A stretch of DNA of 61,860 bases from an uncultured Alistipes sp. (GTDB taxonomy: Bacteria > Bacteroidota > Bacteroidia > Bacteroidales > Rikenellaceae), in assembly GCA_902491835.1 (NCBI GenBank), contig CABUJP010000001.1, forward strand, positions 1-61,860, written 5' to 3'. A model generated the notes under the pieces. It did not search any database and was not told where the DNA came from. It was given only the letters and a program-made list of their open reading frames with translations. Below are positions 1 to 9,049 of the stretch, piece by piece. Numbering within the stretch: the first letter of the stretch is position 1; the number at the start of each line of letters is the position of its first letter. A program made the translations under genes and the position numbers.

Positions 1-1070
1 GCCACGCCGAAAGCGAAACCGAAGAACAGGCCGGAAACCAGTCCCAACTGGTAGGGCAGCAATTCCTGAGCATAGACCAGAATGGCGGGAAACGCCGATG
101 AAAGCATCAGTCCGGCGCAGAAGCTCAGCACGACCGTTGCGGCCAGACTGTCGACATGGGGCATGGCGAGCGAAAAGGGTGCCGTCCCCAAAATCGACGC
201 CCAGATCACGTACTTGCGGCCGAACCGGTCGCCGGCCGGCCCGCCGAGCATCGCTCCGAAAGCCGTTGCGGCCAGAAAGACGAACAGCAGGATCTGCGAC
301 TGGCCGATCGTAACGCCGAACTTGTGGATCAGGTAAAACGTATAGTAGTTGGTCAGCGCCGCCATGTACATGTACTTGGAAAAGATCAGCACGAGCAGCA
401 CGGCGATCGCCCATACGGTCCGGCGCAGCGACAAAGGCATCCCGGCCCGGACGGCTTCCGCTTCGTCCGTCGCCGGCGCATCGAGAAACGAGCGCTTGTA
501 CCAACGGCTGATCGGCATCATGATCGCCACGGCCACCAGCGCGAAGACGGCGAACCAGGCAAAATGCCCACGTCCGTACGGCGCGACCAGAACGGCCACC
601 AGAAGCGGCCCCAGCGCATAGCCCAGATTGCCACCCACCTGAAACAGCGACTGAGCCAGCCCCCGGTGTCCGCCCGAGGCGAGCGAAGTGAGGCGAGAGG
701 CTTCGGGATGGAATACCGACGAACCGATACCCGTCAGCGCCGTCATAGCCAGCACGCCCGTAAAAGAAGATACATAGGCCAGTCCCAGCAACCCGACCAT
801 CATGACGGTCATACCCGCAGGCAGAGCCCACGCCGACGGGCGCTTGTCGAAATAGAGTCCGGCCAACGGCTGAAAGACCGAACCGGCCAACTGGAATATC
901 AGCGTGATGAGACCGATCTGGGCGAAACTGAGCGTCAGATCGTGCTTCAGCATCGGATAGATGGCCGCAATGACCGACTGCAGCGTATCGTTAAAAAGGT
1001 GCGCCACGCTCAGAGCCCACAGAATGCCGAATGTGATGCCGGTCGCAGCCCGGCTCCTGTCTTGATCCAT
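1..1070 (-). CDS. fsr: MFS transporter, fosmidomycin-resistance (Fsr)-like; 3' end runs off the window
   Basis: Not in the ORF track. Manual translation from ATG at 1070 gives MDQDRSRAATGITFGILWALSVAHLFNDTLQSVIAAIYPMLKHDLTLSFAQIGLITL..., with later FHPEASR and SLFQVGGNLG motifs typical of Fsr-type MFS proteins. Confidence 0.85.
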   Translation of the reverse strand, partial: MDQDRSRAATGITFGILWALSVAHLFNDTLQSVIAAIYPMLKHDLTLSFAQIGLITLIFQLAGSVFQPLAGLYFDKRPSAWALPAGMTVMMVGLLGLAYVSSFTGVLAMTALTGIGSSVFHPEASRLTSLASGGHRGLAQSLFQVGGNLGYALGPLLVAVLVAPYGRGHFAWFAVFALVAVAIMMPISRWYKRSFLDAPATDEAEAVRAGMPLSLRRTVWAIAVLLVLIFSKYMYMAALTNYYTFYLIHKFGVTIGQSQILLFVFLAATAFGAMLGGPAGDRFGRKYVIWASILGTAPFSLAMPHVDSLAATVVLSFCAGLMLSSAFPAILVYAQELLPYQLGLVSGLFFGFAFGV

Positions 1071-1336
1071 CGAAAAATCGTCCTTAGCGGTTCGTCCGTC
1101 GCCGTACACTCGTCCTCCTGTCCTCGTTCCGAAAAACGACAGAACCACCCGTCCTCGGCAGAAGCCCGGAGAAAAACCGCCCAAAGGTACGCATTTCTTC
1201 CGTGCATCCAACCGAATCCCGAAGCGAATCTTCACTCCGCGCCGGGGTGCCCACCGTTTTGCCACAAGCTGTCTTTTCCTGCGACCGTCACGGCGGAATA
1301 CGGTTCCGCATGCGTCCGGTCTACCGGACATTTCCG

Positions 1337-1372
1337 AAACAAAAGCTTCGCGCATGGCAGCGCGAAGCTTTC
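1337..1372 (-). terminator. Intrinsic terminator downstream of the acyl-CoA synthetase
   Basis: 12-bp stem aaagcttcgcgc/gcgcgaagcttt followed on the minus strand by a T-rich tail, about 50 bp after the stop at 1425. Confidence 0.7.
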
Positions 1373-1424
1373 GTATGTAACGGTCTCAACAAACAAACGA
1401 CCCACCGCAGAGGTTCCTTACCAG

Positions 1425-3050
1425 TCATTTCCCGCCTTCATGTTTCTTACTGTACAGGAAACGTTTGATCTTGTGCGTGGGCGTTTTCTCAAAGCCCTCC
1501 TGATTCTCGACGACCACCGAAATGCGCGAAAAGCGGTTGACCTTGGAATTGACATAGTGCAACAGCTCCTTCTTGATTTCTTCCATCCGCGCGCCGAGCT
1601 TCTCTTTGACCGTCTGATACTTGCGTTCGAGCTCCTCGCGGTTGAAATAGACGATCGCCACGAGCTTGCCCATATCGTCCTCCTGAACCAGCGAATCGTT
1701 GACCAATGCGTGGCCGTTGAGCACGTTCTCGATCTCCTCGGGGTAGATGTTCTCGCCGCTCGGACCGAGGATCATGTTAGAAAGCCGCCCTTTGATGTAC
1801 AGATATCCGTCGGCGTCGAACACGCCGAGGTCCTTGGTGCGGAACCAGCCGTCCTCGGTGAATGAGTCGGCCGTCGCTTCGGGATTCTTGTAATAGCCCA
1901 TCATCACGTTCGGTCCCTTGACGACGATCTCGCCCTCTCCCGAAAGAGGATTCACGTTGTCGAGCCGGGCCTCGACGCCTTGCAGCATCGGTCCGGTCGA
2001 CTGGTGGCGCACCATGGTCGGATTGACGCCGGCCAGCACGGGCGCCGTCTCGGTCAGTCCGTAGCCGATCGCATAAGGGAACCTGCCCTCGAAAAGGAAC
2101 TGCTCGACGCGGGGATCGAGCTTCGCTCCGCCGATACCGAAAAAGCGTATCCGGCCGCCGAACAGCCTCATCAGCTTCTTGCCGGCGATCCGGTGCAGCC
2201 ACTTGCGTCCCCACTCGCGACCGTAAAGCCAGCGCATCAGGCGGTTCGACGAAAGCTGCGGAACGACTTTGTACTTATAGATCTTCTCGATGATGAGCGG
2301 GACGCTGAGCATGATCGTCGGACGGACGGCCCGGAGGACCGGAAGCAGGACAGACGCCGTGGGAGCCTTGTCGAGGTAAACGACCTGCGCCCCCCACATG
2401 AACGGCAGCAGCATGCCCAGCGAGCACTCGAACGTATGCGAAAGCGGAAGGATCGACAGGAAAATATCGGTCGGATAGACCGGCTGAAGCACGCTGACCA
2501 TAGCCAGCTCGCTGCACAGATTACCGTGAGAAAGCATTACGCCCTTAGGCTCGGACGTCGTGCCCGAAGTATAGATGATAGCGGCCAGATCCTCGCTCCG
2601 AGGGACGGAAACGACGCCCCTCGCGGCAGTCTTCCGATGCGAGATCACGCCCAGGTTCATCGAACGCACGACCAGACTCAGCCCGGCAATCACTTCCTTG
2701 GACACTTTCGTATAGAGCTTGTCGGACGCGACGAGCGCCTTGGCTTCGCTGTGCAGGATGATCCGGTCGATCTCCGGTCCCGAGAAATCGGGCAAAATAG
2801 GAACGATCACCAGGCCATGGATCGTCGCCGTGAAATAGACTACGCCCCAGTTAGGCATATTGTTGCTCAGCAGAGCCACCTTATCGCCCGCGCCGAGCCC
2901 GGCAGCAACGAACGTCTCGGTCAGGGCATCCACCCGCCGGGCGAAATCGTCATACGTCAGCCTTTCTCCGCCGTACAGTGAAGAACATCGATTGGAACCG
3001 TACGTTTCGATACTGTGCAGATACAGTTCCCGAAGTGTATTGAACGTCAT
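1425..3050 (-). CDS. Long-chain fatty-acid--CoA ligase (AMP-binding enzyme)
   Basis: AMP-binding motifs IIYTSGTTSEPKGV, GYGLTET and GWFRTKDLG...GRLSNMI...GENIYPEEIE. Confidence 0.9.
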   Translation of the reverse strand: MTFNTLRELYLHSIETYGSNRCSSLYGGERLTYDDFARRVDALTETFVAAGLGAGDKVALLSNNMPNWGVVYFTATIHGLVIVPILPDFSGPEIDRIILHSEAKALVASDKLYTKVSKEVIAGLSLVVRSMNLGVISHRKTAARGVVSVPRSEDLAAIIYTSGTTSEPKGVMLSHGNLCSELAMVSVLQPVYPTDIFLSILPLSHTFECSLGMLLPFMWGAQVVYLDKAPTASVLLPVLRAVRPTIMLSVPLIIEKIYKYKVVPQLSSNRLMRWLYGREWGRKWLHRIAGKKLMRLFGGRIRFFGIGGAKLDPRVEQFLFEGRFPYAIGYGLTETAPVLAGVNPTMVRHQSTGPMLQGVEARLDNVNPLSGEGEIVVKGPNVMMGYYKNPEATADSFTEDGWFRTKDLGVFDADGYLYIKGRLSNMILGPSGENIYPEEIENVLNGHALVNDSLVQEDDMGKLVAIVYFNREELERKYQTVKEKLGARMEEIKKELLHYVNSKVNRFSRISVVVENQEGFEKTPTHKIKRFLYSKKHEGGK

Positions 3051-3141
3051 ATCTGATCTTTTGGAATCGCTGCAACGCCTGTTCTACGAACGCAAAGTTA
3101 ATTCTTTTTATTTTATATCCGATTTTTCCGACCTTTGCCCC

Positions 3142-4047
3142 ATGAACGCGACCGAACGGATACTGCGGCACGCCTCGCGGCTCGGGTTCGACGACTGCGC
3201 CGTAGCCCGATGCCATCCGCTGAACAGTCAACGGGAGGCTTTCGAGGAGTGGCTCGAGCGCGGCTACGACGGCTCGATAGGCTACTTGCGGCGCCACGTC
3301 GCCAAGCGGTTCGATCCGTCGCTGCTGGTCGAAGGCGCGCGGTCGGTCATCGTCTGCGCGGTCAGCTACCATCGCCCGCCTTCCGAAGGCGACATACCGT
3401 CCCGCATAGCCTCCTACGCTCACTCGCGCGACTATCACCTGACGCTCCGCGAGAAGCTCGCCGAACTGCTCGCCTTCGTGCGCGAGCTGTACCCGGACTC
3501 CGAGGGACGCGCCTTCACCGATACGGCCCCGATCGTCGAGAAGGCGTGGGCCGCCGAAGCCGGACTCGGTTGGATCGGACGGAACTCGCTTCTGGTCCAT
3601 CCCCGTCTGGGATCGTTCGTGCTGCTGGGCGAAATCGTCACGACGGCCGAGCTCGACGCCGGCCGGCCGGCCGTGCCCGACGGCTGCGGGAATTGCCACC
3701 GCTGTATCGACGCGTGTCCTGCCGGGGCCATTCTGCCCGGACGGAAAATCGACGCTTCCCGCTGTATCTCGCGCCGAACCATCGAGCGCGGCGAAGGGGA
3801 TGAAGGCGAGCTGCACGGATGGATTTTCGGATGCGACCTGTGCCAGCGAGCCTGCCCGCACAACCGCAGAGCCCCGTTCGCCTCGAGCGAGGCTTTCCGT
3901 CCCGTGCCCGAACTGGAGCGAATGAACGCCGAGCAATGGCTCACCCTGAATCAGGCCCGGTTCGACCGGCTGTTCTCCCAAACCCCGCTCGCCCGCTGCG
4001 GACTGCAAAGGCTGCAAGACAGAATCCGGAAACTCGGCAAGGAATAA
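3142..4047 (+). CDS. queG: Epoxyqueuosine reductase QueG
   Basis: IASYAHSRDYH, DTAPIVEKAWA, AGLGWIGRNS, two Fe-S Cys clusters (CGNCHRCIDACP, FGCDLCQRACPHN). Start reset to ATG 3142. Confidence 0.92.
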   Translation: MNATERILRHASRLGFDDCAVARCHPLNSQREAFEEWLERGYDGSIGYLRRHVAKRFDPSLLVEGARSVIVCAVSYHRPPSEGDIPSRIASYAHSRDYHLTLREKLAELLAFVRELYPDSEGRAFTDTAPIVEKAWAAEAGLGWIGRNSLLVHPRLGSFVLLGEIVTTAELDAGRPAVPDGCGNCHRCIDACPAGAILPGRKIDASRCISRRTIERGEGDEGELHGWIFGCDLCQRACPHNRRAPFASSEAFRPVPELERMNAEQWLTLNQARFDRLFSQTPLARCGLQRLQDRIRKLGKE

Positions 4048-4333
4048 GCTCGTCCGACCACACCCGCGACATCCGTAAACCGTCCCGGAAACTTTCTTCT
4101 CCGTACCGTAACGATGCACATACCGTTCCACAACGGCCGGCCGGACTTTCCATCGGCCGACATGCGGAGCGCCCGACATAGCCGAGCCGGCAAGCCGAAC
4201 AGGCCCCACCGCCCGGCCCCTTGCCCGGAACAATCGCCGGTCGCACCTTCGCCGCGCGCTTCTCCGAACGAAAAGCGCAACGGATCCCGACCCGCTGCGC
4301 CTGTCTATAAACGACCCGTCGCCTCCGCCGACG

Positions 4334-5014
4334 TCAGTCCGAGCCGCCCTCCATATACTCCAACTGCCATTGCAGCTCTTCGGCTACTTCGCGAAGCGTC
4401 CCGTCCGCCGAAGCCGCGCACCGCCGCTCCCAAAGCTTCACCCGCTCGCACCAAGAGGGAGAAACGGTCGCCAGCGAGCGCATCAGCATCACCAGCCCCC
4501 GGCCGACAAAACTCTCCGGATCACCCTGCCGGGCGATCCGATCCGCCTGTTCGAAAAAACGGTCGGCCCATGCGCGGTTCTTTTCCGCGCGGATCGCCGA
4601 CGCGGCCGTCAGCAAGCCGGCATAGCGCTTCATCGGCTCCGGCGAGCCCATCCATTCCCAAGCCATGTCCGGGGCATCGGGCGCATGACGGAACAGCGCG
4701 CCGACGACCTGTTCGACCAGCTCGGTATTGGTCAAGCCGTCCGCCCACTCCCGCATCTGAGCGACAGTCACCTCTGAGGGATCGTCGATAAAGGCGGCCG
4801 CGAGCTTCAGCTCCCGAACCTGCTGCCTGAAAAGAAACAGGGCGAAAACGTGCGCCGGAGCATACGCTTTCGCAATCTCCCTGATCGTCGGCACGGAAAC
4901 GCCGTAGCTGAGCGGGTAGTCGAGGCCCCGGCTACGCATGGCGTCGACGACGGCCCCGTTCATTTCCACCTTCAGCCGGCGCAACAGACCGATCATTCGC
5001 TGGGTATCGTCCAT
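4334..5014 (-). CDS. DNA alkylation repair (AlkD-like, HEAT-repeat) family protein
   Basis: MNGAVVDAMRSRGLDY..YGVSVPTIREIAK..LFRQQVRELKLAA resembles Bacteroidota DNA-alkylation-repair family N-termini. Confidence 0.7.
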   Translation of the reverse strand: MDDTQRMIGLLRRLKVEMNGAVVDAMRSRGLDYPLSYGVSVPTIREIAKAYAPAHVFALFLFRQQVRELKLAAAFIDDPSEVTVAQMREWADGLTNTELVEQVVGALFRHAPDAPDMAWEWMGSPEPMKRYAGLLTAASAIRAEKNRAWADRFFEQADRIARQGDPESFVGRGLVMLMRSLATVSPSWCERVKLWERRCAASADGTLREVAEELQWQLEYMEGGSD

Positions 5015-5021
5015 CTTCCGG

Positions 5022-6050
5022 CTATTTGACCGACGTCACGGGCAACTCGATCACCTGTCCGAACTGATACAAAGGCAGACGGCTCTGCGCAATCTCGCGG
5101 TTGCCGTCCATCAGCCGGCAATTCACCATATCGGCTACGCGGTAAAGAATCGTGCCGCGCGAATCCTTCGAGGCGCGACGATCCGGAGTCAGGCTCTGCG
5201 CCTTATTCTCGGGAGCGAGCTCCAGCAGGACGGGCCGGCCCGACAGATCGTCCGCAGGCAGCAACCCTGCGGTATTCGAGAAGCGGCAGACGACCGTCGT
5301 AGGCTCGTCCTTCGACGGCACGACGCTGAATTCCCTGACGATTCTCTGGCGGAACTGCTTGCCCAGAAACAGCGACAGATACTCCTGCTCCAGCCGGTCG
5401 ATCTCCTCGAGCGCAGCCTTCAGGCCCGCGCCGAACACGTTCTCGCCCGTCACCAGATCGATCCGATGGCGCCGCAGCGAGAAAATCGCATTGGCGGCAT
5501 CCTGCGCCATCGCCTCGGGGCTTTTCTCGACGAGGCTCAGCCGATCGACCGACACCTTGACGAACGAGGTGTCGCTGTCCAGATAAGACACCGTCTCGCA
5601 ACGGTCGGGAACAGGCCCGCGAAGCGGACCCGCGCAGTCCCATGCAGGAGGCAGAGGCTTCTGGCCGGCAGCAGGCGCCGCTACGAACCCCTCCGGAGTC
5701 GCGTCGTAAATCCTCTGCGGGCTCTTGTCAGGATTGTCCAGCGCGTACACCTCGGCCGGATCGGCCTCCTGCGCCGCGCAGAGCGTCGCGCTCTGAATCG
5801 TATAGAGGTCTTTGTCCGCAAGCGGAGCCATCACGCCCAGAAGCTTTTGGGCGAAACGGGCATACGGGCCTACCCGCACGCTCTCCCTTTCGGCAACGAC
5901 CTGCACGCGAACCACCGAGCGAGGCAGCGCGTAGGCCACCGTATTCCCCTCCATCGGCTTTGACGGCTTGTAAGCTTTCACTTGAGCCGACGCGCCCGCA
6001 ACAGTCAGGGAGCTCGCCAGCACCGAAATCATCAGCTTTCTCATAATCAT
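5022..6050 (-). CDS. DUF4831-like secreted protein
   Basis: Signal peptide, then YALPRSVVRVQV..VGPYARFAQKLLG and LEQEYLSLFLGK..CRFSNTAGL..YQFG motifs recalled from DUF4831. Confidence 0.7.
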   Translation of the reverse strand: MIMRKLMISVLASSLTVAGASAQVKAYKPSKPMEGNTVAYALPRSVVRVQVVAERESVRVGPYARFAQKLLGVMAPLADKDLYTIQSATLCAAQEADPAEVYALDNPDKSPQRIYDATPEGFVAAPAAGQKPLPPAWDCAGPLRGPVPDRCETVSYLDSDTSFVKVSVDRLSLVEKSPEAMAQDAANAIFSLRRHRIDLVTGENVFGAGLKAALEEIDRLEQEYLSLFLGKQFRQRIVREFSVVPSKDEPTTVVCRFSNTAGLLPADDLSGRPVLLELAPENKAQSLTPDRRASKDSRGTILYRVADMVNCRLMDGNREIAQSRLPLYQFGQVIELPVTSVK

Positions 6051-6128
6051 CCTTTTAGTTTATGTCCGTCGGTGTCCTTCTCGGGACACCGAGCCAAACA
6101 AAGTTATACTATTTTTCCAAAAAGAGAC

Positions 6129-6848
6129 TTACATTTTCAGGTAAAAATCGCCCGTCAGCTCCTTGTAGCGGGCGCTGTATCCTCGGCGGTCTTCGGCCTC
6201 GATCACGAGCTCCTCCTCCTGCAAATCCTGCCGCTTCGGGGAAAACTCCGCGCACAGCCGCCTGACGGGACCGCCCGGAACCGTACGCACGGCCAGCGTG
6301 CGCACACGATACAGCCCCTCGCTCAAAGCCAATGCCGCAAAGTCGCATGCGGTCTCGGCAGGCAAGATGACCGACAACCGTCCGGAGGGAACGAGCAACC
6401 GCGCAGCCCCTGCGGCCAGATCGGCATAGGACAGGGACTCGGCATGCCGCGCTGCCGTGCGGGCCGGATCGGGCGACTGGAGCGACGCGACGAAATAGGG
6501 CGGATTCGACACGATCCGGTCGTACCGGACCGGGCACCCGGCCGCAAAATCGGCGAACGGACGACGGTAAAGAGTCAGCCGGCCGGCCCAAGGCGACGCG
6601 GCGAAATTGCCCTCGGCATCGAGACAGCTCCCCTCGTCGATCTCGACGGCGTCGATCCGGGCCGACGGGTTGCGCTGGGCCAAAATCAGCGCGATCACTC
6701 CCGTTCCCGTTCCGACGTCGAGCATCCGCCCGTCCGCCGGCGCCGGATCGCACCATGCGCCGAGCAACACGCCGTCAGTCCCCACTCTCATCGCCGAGCG
6801 GGGCTGACGGACGGTGAATCGCTTGAAAGCGAAATAGTCGTTGGCCAT
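6129..6848 (-). CDS. tRNA1(Val) adenine(37)-N6 methyltransferase (YfiC/TrmN6 family)
   Basis: FAFKRFTVRQ..AMRVGTDGVLLGAW, LDVGTGTG SAM motif, VSNPPYF, ARHAESL. Start reset to ATG 6848. Confidence 0.9.
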   Translation of the reverse strand: MANDYFAFKRFTVRQPRSAMRVGTDGVLLGAWCDPAPADGRMLDVGTGTGVIALILAQRNPSARIDAVEIDEGSCLDAEGNFAASPWAGRLTLYRRPFADFAAGCPVRYDRIVSNPPYFVASLQSPDPARTAARHAESLSYADLAAGAARLLVPSGRLSVILPAETACDFAALALSEGLYRVRTLAVRTVPGGPVRRLCAEFSPKRQDLQEEELVIEAEDRRGYSARYKELTGDFYLKM

Positions 6849-6950
6849 CGTCTTGCAATCGAGGCGGAAAGGTACGAAAAATCGCCGCGGGGACAAAATA
6901 ATTCGGGGGAGAGCTTCAGCCCTCCCCCTTTCAAATATCGACCGAAAAAA

Positions 6951-8339
6951 TTATTTCACGTACTGAGTCACGCCCGTCATACCTCTTTGGCCCAGATAAG
7001 GACGAATATTACCTTTCAGGGCGATCTTGACCCGATAGTTCAGCTTATTGTCGGCCAGATTCAGCGCATCGCGGATCGGGCCTTCGGGCAACTCTACGGC
7101 GATCACCTCGCTGGCTTTCTTGGCCGTGCGCTTGTCGGAGAGCAGAATATTGGTCTTGACCGAAACGGTTTGGGTGTACTGGGCGTCGTTCTCCACGCTC
7201 GTGCCGTTGACCACGCCGACGATGTAGCCGGTGATCCACACATCGCTCTCGTCCTGCGGGAGGCCCTTGACCGCCGTAATATTATACGGATGCTGGGCCG
7301 TACCGTCTCCGTTAAGCGGAATCACCTCGATCGTGAACATCAAAGGAGCGTAGGGAGGTATCTCGGTGGTGGTGGAAGTCCCGGCCTGACCGGTGCTGCC
7401 GTAGCCGTACGTGGAAGTGAAAAGGGCTTCGGCCGTCTCCCCGTACCTCATTCCCTTGATGGCCTCATAGAAGCCGCGGACTACCGACGTATCCTCCGAC
7501 TTGAGCGACACCACGAGCGAGTCGTACTTGGACGAGCTGCTGTTATCGTAGATGTGGTACTTGCGCGCCGTATCGGCTATATTCGTGTCGAAGACGAACC
7601 CGTCCATAAAGCGCCCCACGTAGTAGACGTAAGCTATCGAGTCATCCTTGACCGTCGCGGTATCGAGCCCCGTGCGGAGCGACCGGCGGTAAAGCCCCGT
7701 CTTCAGCGTGTCGGCTATGCCCTGTCTCCAGTTACGGGACGCATACTGGGCCACTTCGTTGCTCTCGTCCCGGAGCGGGTCCGAAATGATCTTCTTCAGC
7801 TCCAAATCCATGATGATCGGCGTCTGGGCAGGAACGCTCGACACCTGTCCCTGATACCCTCCGGTAAACGACCGGCCGTAATTGCCGTAGGCGAGCGTGT
7901 AGGGAACGTACACCCGGACGCGATCCCCCTCGTTCATCGTACCCACGGCGTCGTACACGCCCTGAGGCAGGTCGCCGTTCTCGTAGAACTGAATCATCTG
8001 GGGCACATAGTGCGTAAAGTACTCGAAAGTGCCCTGCTCGACGGCTACCGCGCTGTCGCGCGTGACGAACACGTCGCCGTCGACCATGATCCGGCCGGTA
8101 TAGTTCAGCTGTATCCAGTCGTACTCGACCGGGGGCTTGATTACTCCCGAGGCGGAGTGCAGCTTCTTGATGTAAATACCCGAAGGCTGTTTTTCCGCGC
8201 CGTCGCCGTACAGGCCCACCCATGCGTCGAAAGCGGCCATCTGCTTCTCGCCCAGATTATCCGAAGGCTCCTTGGCACAGGAAGCGGCCACGATCGCGAC
8301 GATCGACACGGCCCATGCAATGCGAACTGCTTTATTCAT
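6951..8339 (-). CDS. Lipoprotein with two FKBP-type PPIase domains and a C-terminal DUF6359-like domain
   Basis: Lipobox AASC; two FKBP-like segments (NYTGRI..VPYTLAYG..IPxQTPIIMDLEL-like; YYVGRFMDGFVFDTN..STYGYG..IPPYAPLMFTIE); C-terminal GDGT..PYNI..VWITGYIVG. Confidence 0.75.
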   Translation of the reverse strand: MNKAVRIAWAVSIVAIVAASCAKEPSDNLGEKQMAAFDAWVGLYGDGAEKQPSGIYIKKLHSASGVIKPPVEYDWIQLNYTGRIMVDGDVFVTRDSAVAVEQGTFEYFTHYVPQMIQFYENGDLPQGVYDAVGTMNEGDRVRVYVPYTLAYGNYGRSFTGGYQGQVSSVPAQTPIIMDLELKKIISDPLRDESNEVAQYASRNWRQGIADTLKTGLYRRSLRTGLDTATVKDDSIAYVYYVGRFMDGFVFDTNIADTARKYHIYDNSSSSKYDSLVVSLKSEDTSVVRGFYEAIKGMRYGETAEALFTSTYGYGSTGQAGTSTTTEIPPYAPLMFTIEVIPLNGDGTAQHPYNITAVKGLPQDESDVWITGYIVGVVNGTSVENDAQYTQTVSVKTNILLSDKRTAKKASEVIAVELPEGPIRDALNLADNKLNYRVKIALKGNIRPYLGQRGMTGVTQYVK

Positions 8340-8877
8340 TCTTAATCACTTTTTCGATATAGACAAACCACCTCGTCGCCTGATCGCCGTCCACGACGCC
8401 CGTGTTCCCGCTACCGTAAGCCAGGTCCGAGGTGACGAACAACTGAAGCGAATCGCTCTCGCGGGCTCCCTGCAGTCCGTAAGTAAGTCCCCGGATCATC
8501 GGCGTCGCTCCGAGCACGACCCGCTGAGGCTCGAAGCTCCAATACTCCGTATTCAGCACGGTATCCCCCTCGACCAACGAACGGATATTCGTATAATAAG
8601 GCGCCTCCGTCGCGCTCACCGAGCCCGAAAAGAGATAAGCGGCGAAATCGAAAACGACCGAGTCTCCGTAGGCGATCTGCGGCTCGCTCTCGTACTCCGG
8701 GCGGTCGGCGTTGATCGTGTAGCGGTATACGCCCGAAATTTCGGCGTACTCCCAGCCTCTCGAATCGAGAAAGCTCTCGATCGCGGACCGTTGCGAGGTC
8801 ACGGCATCGTCCTCCTTGGCGCAGGCGAGCGCAAGAGATCCGGCCGCGATCAGCACTATTTGAGTAAACCGCTTCAA
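8332..8877 (-). CDS. FKBP-type peptidyl-prolyl isomerase lipoprotein
   Basis: MIRGLTYGLQGA..FVTSDLAYG FKBP motif; lipobox ALAC. Start set at TTG 8877 because a -33/-7 promoter lies inside the longer frame (track start 8916). Confidence 0.75.
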   Translation of the reverse strand: MKRFTQIVLIAAGSLALACAKEDDAVTSQRSAIESFLDSRGWEYAEISGVYRYTINADRPEYESEPQIAYGDSVVFDFAAYLFSGSVSATEAPYYTNIRSLVEGDTVLNTEYWSFEPQRVVLGATPMIRGLTYGLQGARESDSLQLFVTSDLAYGSGNTGVVDGDQATRWFVYIEKVIKNE

Positions 8878-8895
8878 TATCCCCGTTTTAGCGTA

Positions 8896-8927
8896 CAAAT
8901 CTACATCTTTTTTCATCCAAAACCAAA
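8896..8927 (-). promoter_or_regulatory. Bacteroidota sigma-A-type promoter for the FKBP genes
   Basis: Minus strand TTTG (8927-8924), 20 nt, TAGATTTG (8903-8896). Confidence 0.55.
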
Positions 8928-8996
8928 CGAACCCGCGCGCTTGCCTATTAAACTGCGAATAATCAAAAATATTGCCCCGAGCGCGAAAATTCCGCG

Positions 8997-9025
8997 AAAA
9001 AAGCCGGGCCTGCCGCCCGGCTTTC
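8997..9025 (-). terminator. Intrinsic terminator after the phosphate transporter
   Basis: aaagccgggc-ctgcc-gcccggcttt stem-loop ending in a T6 run on the minus strand, about 25 bp after the stop. Confidence 0.75.
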
Positions 9026-9049
9026 GTACGGTCCCGATTCCCCCGGCAG

